Origin: an uncultured Rhodanobacteraceae bacterium
Lineage (GTDB): Bacteria > Pseudomonadota > Gammaproteobacteria > Xanthomonadales > SZUA-5
NCBI GenBank assembly: GCA_937928755.1
Contig: CALEZI010000050.1
Coordinates: 2,361-66,360, forward strand
Direction of reading: 5' to 3'
Length of the DNA: 64,000 bases
The position numbers were made by a program, and so were the translations under genes. The notes beneath the pieces were generated by a model, which saw nothing but the letters and a program-made list of their open reading frames with translations, searched no databases and was not told the origin of the DNA. Below are positions 16,229 to 26,332 of this stretch, piece by piece. Positions within the stretch are counted from its first letter, which is position 1. Every line of letters begins with the position of its first letter.

Positions 16229-17145
16229 CAGAGCGGGCATGGATGCCGGTGCTTCCAGTGCCGCGCGATATCGATGCGTCGACACACCCAGACCCGTTCG
16301 TGCTTGCCGATGTGGTCGAGAAACCGCTGCAGTGCGATGAAGCGACCGGGCCGGCCAAGCAATCGGCAATGCATGCCGATCGACATCATCCGTGGCCTTT
16401 CGGCGCCTTCGGCGTAAAGCACGTCGAAACTGTCGCGCAGATACTCGAAAAAATGCGTGGCCGTGTTGAAGCCCTGCGGCGTGGCAAAGCGCATGTCGTT
16501 GGCGTCGAGCGTGTACGGCACCACCAGGTGCGCCTTGCGGCCATCGCTGCACTCGATCGTGGTCCAGAACGGCAGGTCGTCGCCGTAGTAGTCGCTGTCG
16601 TACTCGAATCCGCCGTGTTCGACCACCAGTCGGCGGGTGTTCGGGCTGTCGCGACCGGTGTACCAGCCGAGCGGCGCGGCGCCGGTGATCTCGCGGTGCA
16701 CGGCAACCGCGCGCTCCAGGTGCTCGCGCTCCTGCTCAGGATCCATCGACTGGTAATGGATCCAGCGCCAGCCGTGCGAGGCGATTTCGTGGCCGGCGTC
16801 GACGCAGGCGCGGATGAAATCCGGGTGCCGCTGCATCGCCATTGCCACGCCGAACACCGTCAGCGGCAGGCCGCGCCGCGCGAATTCATCGAGGATGCGC
16901 CAGCCGCCCACGCGCGAGCCATATTCGTAGATCGATTCCATGCTCAGGTGGCGCGCCGGATAACTTGCGGCGCCAACGATCTCGGAGAGAAATTGCTCGC
17001 TCCCGAGGTCGCCATGCAGCACGCAGTTCTCGCCGCCCTCCTCGTAGTTGAGCACGAACTGCACGGCAATACGCGCGGCGCCGGGCCAGTCGGCGTACGG
17101 TGGCGTGCGGCCGTAGCCGATCAGGTCGCGCGGATAGCTGGTCAT
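16225..17145 (-). CDS. puuE: allantoinase PuuE (polysaccharide deacetylase-fold)
   Basis: ORF 16225..17175, with start at MTSYPRDLIGYGRTPPYADWPG (CAT 17143-17145). The N-terminus is PuuE-type, and AVQFVLNYEEGGE and the HGWRW motifs are present. Confidence 0.85.
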   Translation of the reverse strand: MTSYPRDLIGYGRTPPYADWPGAARIAVQFVLNYEEGGENCVLHGDLGSEQFLSEIVGAASYPARHLSMESIYEYGSRVGGWRILDEFARRGLPLTVFGVAMAMQRHPDFIRACVDAGHEIASHGWRWIHYQSMDPEQEREHLERAVAVHREITGAAPLGWYTGRDSPNTRRLVVEHGGFEYDSDYYGDDLPFWTTIECSDGRKAHLVVPYTLDANDMRFATPQGFNTATHFFEYLRDSFDVLYAEGAERPRMMSIGMHCRLLGRPGRFIALQRFLDHIGKHERVWVCRRIDIARHWKHRHPCPLW

Positions 17146-17218
17146 GGGCGGTTTCCGGGTGTCGCCGCCAAGCATAACTGCGGCCGTCGCGTTGGATGCC
17201 GCGGCGGCCGCAGGCGGA

Positions 17219-19453
17219 TCACGGCGACATGGTCGCCGTCAGCGTGACGATTCCGGTACGCGCCTGGGCGAGGTTGGCGAGCGGCGTGGTCGAGCCGGAG
17301 GGATCGCTGCCCCAATAGATGTACGACCCGGTGTAGTTGCTGCCGTTACGGTAGGCACGCACATTGCTGTTGCTGAACAGCCGGTAGTAGCCGATCGAGG
17401 TGTTGCCGACGAACGGTCCGACCGTGCAGTTGCACAGGTTTTGCGCGGTCAGGCCGACATTGACGCCCATCAGCAGGGTGGCGGGCGTCAGGTTGTCGAT
17501 CACCGGCACGAAGTAGCTACTGGATCCGACCACGTTGTCGACGGTGTAGCCCTCGATGGCGCCCTGGGTGAAGGTGGCCGGGTCAAAGTCGCCGCCCATG
17601 GGGTCGCCGATGGCAACCGAAGTCCCGGATATGGTCTGCCGCACCAGGTCCCAACTGATGATCACGGTGGGGCTGCCGGTGTAGGGGAACTGGGTAACGA
17701 CACCGCCCGCCGCGGTTCCGAGCAGTACCCCATTGGCGCGCACGGTGACCGGATAGATCAAATAGTTGGTGATCCGCACGGTCGCGCTGATGGTGCTCTG
17801 CGCGCTACCGCTGAGCGCGACGGTGTAGTTGCCCGAACTTGTGCCGTTGTAACTGGCCACGCGCAGATACCAGGTACCCGCGGACAGCGTGCGTTGCAGG
17901 CGGAAATTGAGGTTGCCGGCGCCATCGTCGTCCTCGGCCACGAAGCTGCAGTTGCTGTCGTAGAGTGTGCCCAGGGAGTCGAAGGAGCTGCTCGCGGACG
18001 CCGTGATGGTCGTCGTGCTGGCCAGCGTGAAACGGAAGAAGTCGACGTCGGTGCTCGGCGTCAGGCTGCCGCCGAAGGTCGTGCCGACGCTGACGCCGGT
18101 CGCCGTCGCGCAACTGTTGCCGTGGTCGTCGCCGGTGGCGACCCCACCGAGTGCAATCTGGTAGCTGCCGCCCGAAGCTGCGTTGAAGCTGGCCACGCGC
18201 AGATACCAGGTACCCGCCGGCAGCGTGCGCTGCAGGCGGAAGTCGAGGTTGCCGGCGCCGTCGTCGTCTTGCGCGATCTGCATGCAGTTGGCGTCGTACA
18301 ACGTGCCGAGCGAGTCGAACACACTGCTCGCCTGCGCAGTCACCACGGTACTGCCGGACAAGGTGAAGCGGAAGAAATCGACATCGCTGGTCGGCGCGAG
18401 GAATCCACTCAAGGTCGAATTCAGCGTGACGGGTGTGGCGCTGGAGCAACTGTTGCCATGGTCGTCGCCGCTTGGGCCGGCGACCGGATTGGCGTAGACC
18501 ACGGAACCGCCGGCATTGGCGACGACAATGCGCAGGTCGCCGGCACCGGCCGGACCGCGCGTCGGCTTGCCTTCGGTGCGCATCTGCACGGTGTGCGCAT
18601 CGGCAAGGCAGAACCCGGCGAAGCCACTGGTCGCGCTGGCCACCGGGTCATGGTAACCGCCGACGACCACGCCGCCCTGGAAGCCCCCGCCGGGACGATC
18701 CACGTAATTCGACAGCAGGCTCATGCCGAAGATGCCGTCGGCGCCGGGCAGCGGCTCGAGCGGCGCCACCGTGGCCACGTAAAATCCGGGCGACACCGTG
18801 GCCGAGGTGACATACGGAGAATTCTGGCCCACCGTGACCACCTGCGAAACGATCATCTGTTGCGTCGGCAGGCGGCGCTCCAGCGTCACCTGTAGGCGGA
18901 TGTTCGGATTGCCCGGCATGGCGCGAAAACCGGTCAACTGGACATCGACGCGTTGGTTCTCGTTGGCCGGATTGGCGATGGTGAATGCGGCGTAACCGGG
19001 TGCCGAGGCGTCCATCTGGCCGCCGAAGTTCAGCCCGCCAGCGAGCACGCGGCTGCCCGGCGCCAGCAACAGCAACTCGGTGCCGTAGCTGCCCGGCTGG
19101 ATGCCGGTTTCCGGCCCGTCGCCAATGGTCAGCACGTAGAATCCCGGGCACGCCAACCCTGGCGTCACGCCGAGCGCGACGCTGCCGCCGGGTTCGTCGA
19201 GCTTGAGTCCCTTGCCGCCCTTGATGCCTTTGTCCGGATGCATCGGCAAACCGGGCAGGAACCGGATGGCTTTGGACGGATGATCCTCGCGGGCAGCCGT
19301 CGGCTGCGGCATTCCGGCGAGCAGTTTCATGGCGCCGTCGACCTGCGCCTGCGCCCGCGCTTCGTCAGCGCGGGCGGCGGCCGTGGGCAGCAGCGACAAG
19401 GCCGCCGCCAGCGCAGCGGCGGCGACCCAATGGGTTCGTGTGGACGTTTGCAT
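17219..19453 (-). CDS. secreted multidomain protein P1: signal peptide, shared Cys-Cys module (copy 1, N-proximal), two PPC-like domains, unknown C-terminal region
   Basis: 744 aa. Signal peptide MQTSTRTHWVAAAALAAALSLLPTAAARA. Residues ~100-325 are CPGFYV...LAGGLNFGG...GYAAF...FYVATVAP...GGFQGGVVVGGYH...GFAGFCL...DLRI. Two repeats of GDDHGNSC..DVDFFRF...DDDGAGNL.FRLQRTL.AGTWYLRV follow. Confidence 0.8.
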   Translation of the reverse strand: MQTSTRTHWVAAAALAAALSLLPTAAARADEARAQAQVDGAMKLLAGMPQPTAAREDHPSKAIRFLPGLPMHPDKGIKGGKGLKLDEPGGSVALGVTPGLACPGFYVLTIGDGPETGIQPGSYGTELLLLAPGSRVLAGGLNFGGQMDASAPGYAAFTIANPANENQRVDVQLTGFRAMPGNPNIRLQVTLERRLPTQQMIVSQVVTVGQNSPYVTSATVSPGFYVATVAPLEPLPGADGIFGMSLLSNYVDRPGGGFQGGVVVGGYHDPVASATSGFAGFCLADAHTVQMRTEGKPTRGPAGAGDLRIVVANAGGSVVYANPVAGPSGDDHGNSCSSATPVTLNSTLSGFLAPTSDVDFFRFTLSGSTVVTAQASSVFDSLGTLYDANCMQIAQDDDGAGNLDFRLQRTLPAGTWYLRVASFNAASGGSYQIALGGVATGDDHGNSCATATGVSVGTTFGGSLTPSTDVDFFRFTLASTTTITASASSSFDSLGTLYDSNCSFVAEDDDGAGNLNFRLQRTLSAGTWYLRVASYNGTSSGNYTVALSGSAQSTISATVRITNYLIYPVTVRANGVLLGTAAGGVVTQFPYTGSPTVIISWDLVRQTISGTSVAIGDPMGGDFDPATFTQGAIEGYTVDNVVGSSSYFVPVIDNLTPATLLMGVNVGLTAQNLCNCTVGPFVGNTSIGYYRLFSNSNVRAYRNGSNYTGSYIYWGSDPSGSTTPLANLAQARTGIVTLTATMSP
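18479..19156 (-). other. shared Cys-Cys module, copy 1 (in P1)
   Basis: P1 residues ~100-325. Aligns by eye with the copies at 29039-29761, 31474-32187, 36374-37075 and 39497-40168. Confidence 0.7.
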
Positions 19454-19556
19454 GGACGCACCTCTATCGTGAGCGGGGCGCGGGAGACGCCGCCCCCTCG
19501 CGCGATCGTCCGCCTCTGGTCGCGGTTCGCCTTGATCAAAGGCAAGACGCCCTCAC

Positions 19557-20519
19557 GTGCAATCTGGATTGGAATTCCGCGTGCTCGATCCAAGCATTTT
19601 CCCCCGCAGCGCCGACCTGAACGCCGCATTCAATCGCCGCGAGCCGTTCCGGCATGTGGTCTTCGAGCCGTTCTTCGACCCCGATTTCCTCGCCCGGCTG
19701 CTCGCCGAATTTCCGTCATTCGAGCGCGGCAATGCGCGTAACGAGGCCGGCGAACTCGGCGGCAAGAGCACGGTGGAGCGTATCCGCGCGCTTGGACCGG
19801 CGTTCGCCGAGCTCGACGATCGCATCCAGTCGGCCGAGTTCCTCGGATTGATCTCGAAGATCACCGGAATCCCGAACCTGCTCTACGACGAGCACTACTT
19901 CGGCGGCGGCACCCATGAGAATCGGCGCGGCCAGGACCTCGATCCGCATGTCGACTTCAACCGCCATCCGATCACCGGCTGGCACCGGCGGCTGAACCTG
20001 ATCGTTTATCTGAATCCGCAGTGGGACGATGCCTGGGGCGGCAGCCTGGAGCTGCATTCGGATCCGCGGCGCGAGGACAACCGCATCACCCTGGTCACCC
20101 CGCTGTTGAACCGCGCCGTGATCTTCGAGACCACCGAATGGAGCTGGCACGGTTTTGCGCGCATCGCGCCGCCGGCCGATCGCCCGGAGCTCACGCGGCG
20201 CTCGATCGCGCTGTACTTCTACACGGTGGAGCGACCGGCCGAAGAACTGGCGGATCCGCATTCGACCATCTATGTCGATCGCCCGCTTGCCGCGCACTAC
20301 GTCGCCGGCTACACGCTGACCGAAGACGACCAGCGCGAACTGGCCATCGCCATCACCCGTCGCGACCAGCATATCCAGCGCCTTTACCGTGACATCACCC
20401 GCATCACCGCCGAGCTCGAAGGCGCCAAGCACACGCTGGAACAGGTGCTGTCCAGCGGCCGCCTCGGCCGCTTGCGCCACGCGGTGCGCGCGATTCTGAG
20501 GATGCTGCGGCGGGGTTAG
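19557..20519 (+). CDS. 2OG-Fe(II) oxygenase superfamily protein (prolyl-hydroxylase-like) with C-terminal coiled coil
   Basis: 320 aa. Contains GGGTHENRRGQDLDPHVDFNRH (HxD iron-binding motif), RRLNLIVYLN, GGSLELH and SWHGF. It is divergent from P1. Confidence 0.7.
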   Translation: MQSGLEFRVLDPSIFPRSADLNAAFNRREPFRHVVFEPFFDPDFLARLLAEFPSFERGNARNEAGELGGKSTVERIRALGPAFAELDDRIQSAEFLGLISKITGIPNLLYDEHYFGGGTHENRRGQDLDPHVDFNRHPITGWHRRLNLIVYLNPQWDDAWGGSLELHSDPRREDNRITLVTPLLNRAVIFETTEWSWHGFARIAPPADRPELTRRSIALYFYTVERPAEELADPHSTIYVDRPLAAHYVAGYTLTEDDQRELAIAITRRDQHIQRLYRDITRITAELEGAKHTLEQVLSSGRLGRLRHAVRAILRMLRRG

Positions 20520-20566
20520 CTGGGTGGTCGCGCCGCGAGTTCCGTAAGCCATTGATGAAAGGCTTT

Positions 20567-20676
20567 GTCCGCAAAGGACGCAAAGAACGCAAAGGAAAGC
20601 AGAAGAGGCAGGACTTCGGTCTTGGGTGCCAAGATCAATCTTCGCTCCCTTTGCGTTCTTTGCGTTCTTTGCGGGC
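20567..20676. repeat. GCAAAGGAC-unit inverted-repeat element, copy 2
   Basis: tgtccgcaaaggacgcaaagaacgcaaaggaaagc ... ctttgcgttctttgcgttctttgcgggc. Confidence 0.8.
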
Positions 20677-20773
20677 CAAAAATCAGTCCCCGACTGGCCG
20701 CGACCCGTCACCGCCGATGTGGCGGCAACCCGCGCCCTTGGCTACCATCCTGCGTCCAGCGCACGGATAGCCC

Positions 20774-23149
20774 ATGTCGGAATCGCCGCCATCGCAGATA
20801 CCGGGTTACGAGCTTCTGCGGGAGCTCGGGGCCGGCGGCATGGCGACCGTTTACCTGGCCAACCAGACCTCGCTCGATCGCAAGGTTGCGATCAAGGTGC
20901 TGCGCGTCACCAGCCGCGACGTCGGGACCGAGGGCGAGCGCACCGAGAAGCGCTTCCTGCGCGAAGGTCGCATGCTGGCGCGGTTGTCGCACAAGAACGT
21001 CTGCGGCATCTACGACATTGCCAAGGTCGGCAACCTCGCTTACATCGCGATGGAGTTCATCGAAGGCGGCACGCTGGGCGATCGCCTGCGCAGCGGCATG
21101 ACCGCCGGCGACGCCATCAGCGTCATCGTGCAACTGGCCGGTGCGCTGTCGGCGGCACATGCGATCGGCATCGTCCACCGCGATCTGAAGCCGGCCAACG
21201 TGATGATGCGCGGCAAGGTGCCGGTGCTCACCGACTTCGGCATCGCCCGCGACCTGTCGTCGGACCGTACCGAGATCACCGGCGACAATATCCTCGGCAC
21301 GCCGAATTACATGAGCCCGGAGCAGATCAGCGGCAAGCCGATCGACGGGCGCTCCGATGTTTATTCGCTCGGCGCCATGCTTTTCGAGCTGCTGACCGGG
21401 CGTCAGCCGTACCAGGGCGATTCGCCGATCGCGGTGTGCATGCAGCACCTGCAAGCGCCGATCCCCGAGTTGCCGCAGCAGTTCGCCGAACTGCAGCCGA
21501 TCATCGACGGCATGATGGCGAAGGATCGCGACGATCGATTCGCCGACATGGCCAGCGTGGTCGTGGCGCTGCGCGCGGCGCTGATCGACAGCGAGACGCT
21601 GCGCGCGGCGCTCAAGTTCGACACCGAACTGCCGTGGTCGGAGCAATTGCGCGAATTGGGATTCTCCTTCGACGGGCCTGGTGCGGATACCCTGCGCGAG
21701 GCGATGAAGCGCTCGGCGGAGGGCAAGAGTCAGTTGCCGAAAGGCTCGACGCAGCGAATGAAGGCGCTGCCCGCGGAGCCCACGCCGCCATCGCCACCTG
21801 TGCCGTCGCCGCCGCGCTTCGGCATGCGCGAACGCGCGATCGCGGCGGTGGTTGTGCTGGCGCTGGTGGTCGCCGGGCTGTGGTGGGGCTTGTCCGAGGA
21901 GAAGCTGTCGCCGGAACAGGAATCGCTGCTGTCGATTGCGGCGGCGGCATTCGACAACCAGATGCGGGACGGCAAGCTGGTGGTTCCGAGCAACGACAGC
22001 GCGCTCAACAGCCTGCGCAGCATCTACGTCATTTCGCGCCAGCATCCCGAGGTGCTGGCGCGGCAGCAGGCCTTCCGCAAGGAGGTTGAGCGCCAGGTCG
22101 ACCAGCTCGCCGGCAATGCGCAGTTCGGCGAGGCGCGCAAACTGCTCAGCGACGCCGCCCTGGTGTTCGACGACGCCGACCTCACCCAGCGCCTGGCGAG
22201 CATCGACCAGGCGCAGCAGAACCAGCGCCGCGATGTCGACATTGCGGCGCGCAGCGCCGATGTGGAGGCAATTCTCGACGCGCCGGGCGGCGTCCAGGAC
22301 GCACGCCTCGCCGCGGCGCTGGGCGAGCTCAAGTTGCTGACCGGCGAAAGCGATGCCCGTTACCGCGCGCTGATCGATCGCATCGCCGCAGCGCTGACCA
22401 GCGCGGTGCAACAGTCGGTCGCGGCGCGGCAACTGGAGACCGCCGTCGCTGCGCGCGACCGCATGCGCGAGCTGATTCCAGAATCGGAGGCCACGCGCGC
22501 CGCCAGTGCCGCCGTCGAACGTTTGTCCGCGCTGTCGGCGGCGGAAGCCACGCAAGGCGAACTGGTGGCCCTGCTGCAGGACGGATCGCGGCTGACGCCG
22601 GCCAGCATCGATCAGGTATTGGCCGGCCTGCCCGTGTTGGAGGCCGCCGGACTCGGCGAGCAGTCGGCCACGCTGAGCGCGCGCCTGCTGACGCTGACCG
22701 AGGACGCAGCGCGGCGCGCGCTGGCCGCCAAAGACCTGTCAGCCGCGCGCGCGCTGCTGGCGCCGGTCGCGTTGCGTTATCCGGAAAACGCCGACTTGCG
22801 CAAGCTCGACCAGGACCTGCTCGCAGAAGAGACCGCATTGGTGCAACGCGCGCGTGCCGACGAAGAGGCGCAACGCGCGGGTCGGCTGGCACTCGATGCG
22901 GCGCCGTGGGGCAAGCTGGTGTCGATCGTCGGCGCCGACGGCAGCGAGCAGGCGCTTGGCGCCGACCGCACCACGCCGCTGGTGCTGACGCTGCCGGAAG
23001 GCCGCTACAAGGTCACCCTGACCGGACCGGACGGCAGCACCCGCAGAGAGGCTGATGCCACGGTCACCCGCGGCCAGCTCAGCGTCGCCGAACTCAGCTT
23101 CGCCGCGATCGATGCCGATACCTACCTGAAACAGGCGGGTTATCGATGA
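20774..23149 (+). CDS. transmembrane Hanks-type serine/threonine protein kinase with a long extracytoplasmic helical region and a PEGA-like C-terminus
   Basis: 791 aa. Kinase motifs: GAGGMATVYLA (G-loop), VAIKVL, HRDLKPANVMM, DFGIAR, GTPNYMSPEQ. A single TM helix, AIAAVVVLALVVAGLWWGL, follows. Then ~380 aa of Ala/Leu/Arg-rich sequence ending in LPEGRYKVTLTGPDGS. Confidence 0.9.
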   Translation: MSESPPSQIPGYELLRELGAGGMATVYLANQTSLDRKVAIKVLRVTSRDVGTEGERTEKRFLREGRMLARLSHKNVCGIYDIAKVGNLAYIAMEFIEGGTLGDRLRSGMTAGDAISVIVQLAGALSAAHAIGIVHRDLKPANVMMRGKVPVLTDFGIARDLSSDRTEITGDNILGTPNYMSPEQISGKPIDGRSDVYSLGAMLFELLTGRQPYQGDSPIAVCMQHLQAPIPELPQQFAELQPIIDGMMAKDRDDRFADMASVVVALRAALIDSETLRAALKFDTELPWSEQLRELGFSFDGPGADTLREAMKRSAEGKSQLPKGSTQRMKALPAEPTPPSPPVPSPPRFGMRERAIAAVVVLALVVAGLWWGLSEEKLSPEQESLLSIAAAAFDNQMRDGKLVVPSNDSALNSLRSIYVISRQHPEVLARQQAFRKEVERQVDQLAGNAQFGEARKLLSDAALVFDDADLTQRLASIDQAQQNQRRDVDIAARSADVEAILDAPGGVQDARLAAALGELKLLTGESDARYRALIDRIAAALTSAVQQSVAARQLETAVAARDRMRELIPESEATRAASAAVERLSALSAAEATQGELVALLQDGSRLTPASIDQVLAGLPVLEAAGLGEQSATLSARLLTLTEDAARRALAAKDLSAARALLAPVALRYPENADLRKLDQDLLAEETALVQRARADEEAQRAGRLALDAAPWGKLVSIVGADGSEQALGADRTTPLVLTLPEGRYKVTLTGPDGSTRREADATVTRGQLSVAELSFAAIDADTYLKQAGYR

Positions 23150-24537
23150 GCCGTCAGCGTTTTCATCGGGCTGCGCTTGGCATCCTGCTGATGCTGGTGG
23201 CGAGTGTCGCCGTCGCCGATTACAAGAAGAATTATCTTGATGGTGTCGATGCCGCCAAGAAGGGCCAGTGGGTCGAGGTACGCCGTTTGATGACCGCGGC
23301 GATCGCGGAACGACCCGATGCCGGCCGGGTGAGGTTCTACGGCAGCATTCCGGAACCCTATGTGCCGCACTATTACCTTGGACTGGCCAACGCCAACCTG
23401 GGCGACTGTCCGTCGGCGCTCAGCGCGTTCAAGAACCCCGGCAGCAGTGCGCTGGTCGCCGGTTTGGCGAAAGAAGCGGCCGAGCTGGGCAGGGCGCGGG
23501 CACGCTGCGAGCAGCAGATGCTGGCGCAACAGAGCAAGCCGCCGGAGCCGCCCACGGCGACCACCGAGCCGGTTGCCGTGACCACGCCGCCGACGACCGA
23601 ACCAAAGCCGGTGATCGTGGCGCAGAACCCGCCAGCGAGCGACACCCGACCGCCGGCAACCACGCCAACGGCGCCGACCGCGGTCGCACTGCCCGACGCG
23701 CGTATCGCCCCGGCCAGGGCGGCCATGAGCAAGGTCGATGCCCAGATCGCCAGCATCGAACGCCAGTTGAAGGCAGCGCCACTGGCAGGCACCGGCGACG
23801 CCCGCGGCCTGACGCGCGACCTCGACCTGCTTCGCCGCCAGCGGCAACAGTTGCTGACCAGCCTGGAACGCGCACGCAGCGGTGGCGATGGCAAGCTGCT
23901 GGGCAGCGTCGAAACCGATGCCGCCAAGCTCGGCAGCGACCTCGCTATGCTCGGCGAACGCGTGCAGTCGGCCGGCGTTGGCCTGGCCCAGGCCTTGGAA
24001 GCGACGGCGCTGGAGCGGGCCCGCCGGCAGTCAGCTGATTTGGTGACGAAGATCGATCAGCGCCTCACCGAAGCACGCGCGGCGGGTGTCGAAGGAAGCG
24101 CGGCCGTGGCGGCGCTCGGGCCGGCGCGCACACAGTTGCAGCAGTTGGTTGCCGGCAGCGATCGCGCCGCCATCGAGCGCGCGCTGGCCGCGGCGACCAA
24201 GGCGACCGCGCAACTGGAGGCGGCCATTGCCGCTGCGCCCAAGCCGGCGCCGGAGCCGTTGCGCGCACTAGTCGGCGCCTACCTGACCGCGAAGTACGCC
24301 GAGGTTGCGCGCTGGGACAATGTTGCGGAACTGCCCGACGCCCGCGCCCGTGCCCAGGCGCACCTGCTGCGCGGAGCCGCGCGCTGGCACCTGTACGTGC
24401 GCGACGGCGAGCAGGACGGCAGCCTGCGCGCCGCGATCGACAGCGATCTGCGCGAAGCCAAGCGTCTCGACCGCGCGCTCAAGCCGAATACGCAGGTCTT
24501 TTCGCCGAAGCTGGTGGAGCGTTTCGCGGCCTTGTGA
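23146..24537 (+). CDS. hypothetical secreted protein (TPR-like N-domain, Pro/Thr linker, coiled coil), translationally coupled to the kinase
   Basis: 463 aa. The ATG at 23146 overlaps the kinase TGA (ATGA). Signal peptide MSRQRFHRAALGILLMLVASVAVA. Contains the linker PPEPPTATTEPVAVTTPPTTEPKP. I recognise no family. Confidence 0.65.
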   Translation: MSRQRFHRAALGILLMLVASVAVADYKKNYLDGVDAAKKGQWVEVRRLMTAAIAERPDAGRVRFYGSIPEPYVPHYYLGLANANLGDCPSALSAFKNPGSSALVAGLAKEAAELGRARARCEQQMLAQQSKPPEPPTATTEPVAVTTPPTTEPKPVIVAQNPPASDTRPPATTPTAPTAVALPDARIAPARAAMSKVDAQIASIERQLKAAPLAGTGDARGLTRDLDLLRRQRQQLLTSLERARSGGDGKLLGSVETDAAKLGSDLAMLGERVQSAGVGLAQALEATALERARRQSADLVTKIDQRLTEARAAGVEGSAAVAALGPARTQLQQLVAGSDRAAIERALAAATKATAQLEAAIAAAPKPAPEPLRALVGAYLTAKYAEVARWDNVAELPDARARAQAHLLRGAARWHLYVRDGEQDGSLRAAIDSDLREAKRLDRALKPNTQVFSPKLVERFAAL

Positions 24538-24600
24538 GCTAGTCCGCCGGGCGCGCTGGCGCGCGCTCAACGGGGCTCGCAGGTCGCGCTCCGGTCTCCC

Positions 24601-25872
24601 TCAGAAGCGCATCACGCCGGACACCGAATAGGTATCGACGATATCGGAGAAATCCGCCGCCAGATCGAGCTGGAAGCTGGTAAATGCCCAGCCCAGGCCG
24701 AGGCTGAAATGGGTCTCGTCGTCGCCCTTGGTGAACAGGACCGCATCGACGCAGGCCTCGAAATCGATGTTGCAATCGGTTGGGGTCGGACCGCCATAAG
24801 CGAGGCGGTGGTCCGGATCGAACCAGACGCCGGCGCGCAAGAACATCGGTGTCGCCATGTCGAGGAACGCGTATTCGGCGCCGAGGCGCACCTCGGTGCC
24901 ATCGTCGACGTCGAGATTGGCGACCACCCCCGGGAAGATCGAATCGACGTCGTCGGTCAGCTTGCTGTACTCGACGAAGTTCACGTCCAGCGAGAACAGC
25001 CATGCATCGGTCGGGCGGAACGCCAGACCGGCGCTGAACACATTCGGCACCGCGAATCCGGTCTTGACATCGGCGATCAGCGGATCGCCGTCGGCGTCCA
25101 GGTTCGAGCTGGTGTAGCTGAAGTCGCCGCCGTCGCGGTAAGCCAGCCCGAAGTTCCACTGCGGCGTGATCTGCCACAACGCGCCCAGCGAAAACACGAT
25201 GTCGTCGTCGCTGCCGCGCTGGCGCTGCGAACTGCCCGGATCGATTCCGCCGCGTGTCGTGCGCGAGGCCAGGGCGAAATCCGAATAGGCGATGGTCGCG
25301 CCGATCGAGAAGGTGTCCGAAACCGAAAAGCCCACCGCCGCACCGAAATTCTCGACCTCGTAGCTGATCGAGCCCAGCGCCGGGTCGATCCGTCCGGCCG
25401 GACCGAGGTCGTCGAGGTATTCGATCGCGTCGGCGTTCACGCTGCCCTCGAAATCGCCCACGCGGTGGTAGAACAGCGAAAAGGTCGCGCGCTCGGTCGG
25501 GTACACGACGGATGCGAACGACACCTGCGAAACCGTGTCCGAGGTCGAGGCCTCGCCGACGCCACTGGCGTTGAAGGGATCGAGGGGAAACTCGCCGCCG
25601 GACGCATAGCTGCTGTCGAAGTCCGTGCTGCGCGCTTCCAGGCCGAACTCCGCCTTGCGCAGAATGGTCAGGCCGGCCGGGTTGGCATACGCGGCCGTCG
25701 CGTCGTCAGCCAGTCCGGTGAAGGCGCCGCCCAGTCCCAGCGAGCGTGCGCCCGGATTGGAGAAGTTGAACTGCAGGCCGCGGTTCAACTCGTCGTTGGT
25801 GATTGCCAGAGCGGCCGCAGGCGCCAGGGCCAGCGCCACCAACACTGCATGAGCGATAGCTTTGTGACGCAT
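24601..25872 (-). CDS. outer-membrane beta-barrel transport protein, OMPP1/FadL/TodX-like
   Basis: 423 aa. Signal peptide MRHKAIAHAVLVALALAPAAALA. The N-terminal GARSLGLGGAFTGLADDATAAYANPAGL resembles the FadL-family hatch motif. Alternating amphipathic strands follow, and the protein ends in a terminal Phe (VSGVMRF). Confidence 0.75.
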   Translation of the reverse strand: MRHKAIAHAVLVALALAPAAALAITNDELNRGLQFNFSNPGARSLGLGGAFTGLADDATAAYANPAGLTILRKAEFGLEARSTDFDSSYASGGEFPLDPFNASGVGEASTSDTVSQVSFASVVYPTERATFSLFYHRVGDFEGSVNADAIEYLDDLGPAGRIDPALGSISYEVENFGAAVGFSVSDTFSIGATIAYSDFALASRTTRGGIDPGSSQRQRGSDDDIVFSLGALWQITPQWNFGLAYRDGGDFSYTSSNLDADGDPLIADVKTGFAVPNVFSAGLAFRPTDAWLFSLDVNFVEYSKLTDDVDSIFPGVVANLDVDDGTEVRLGAEYAFLDMATPMFLRAGVWFDPDHRLAYGGPTPTDCNIDFEACVDAVLFTKGDDETHFSLGLGWAFTSFQLDLAADFSDIVDTYSVSGVMRF

Positions 25873-26332
25873 GACACCCCCGGTCGCGTTAAGGCTTTGG
25901 AAAGCAGGCGCAAACGTTAGCCCCTCCGTCCAACCAGGTCAATGTTGGTCACGATGCACCTTGCGCTGCCCAGCGATTCGCCCGGCGCAACCGCACGGCC
26001 CTGCCGGCACATCACCAGGTGACCAACGACGGACCTGCGGGCAGCAACTCGGACTACATGGGGATCGACACGCTGAGGCCGGGCCCGGCGCAGTGATCAA
26101 GTTGCACCGGCGCAGCGCGCTCGCGCGGCGGCGCGCCGGTTGCGCGAACGCCCGCATGCCGCAGTTAACATTCAAACGCGATTGAGACGTAAGATGGAGT
26201 GCCGCTTGGCCTCTGTGCCGGCGGTCGCGCGTTGTGCAGATCAAGGCTGCCTTTTCGCCCACGCGTGGTTGACGGCCCAGGGGTCATCGACGGACGCGAA
26301 TGGCGTGCTGTCCGAATCACGGAGGTGCTGCA

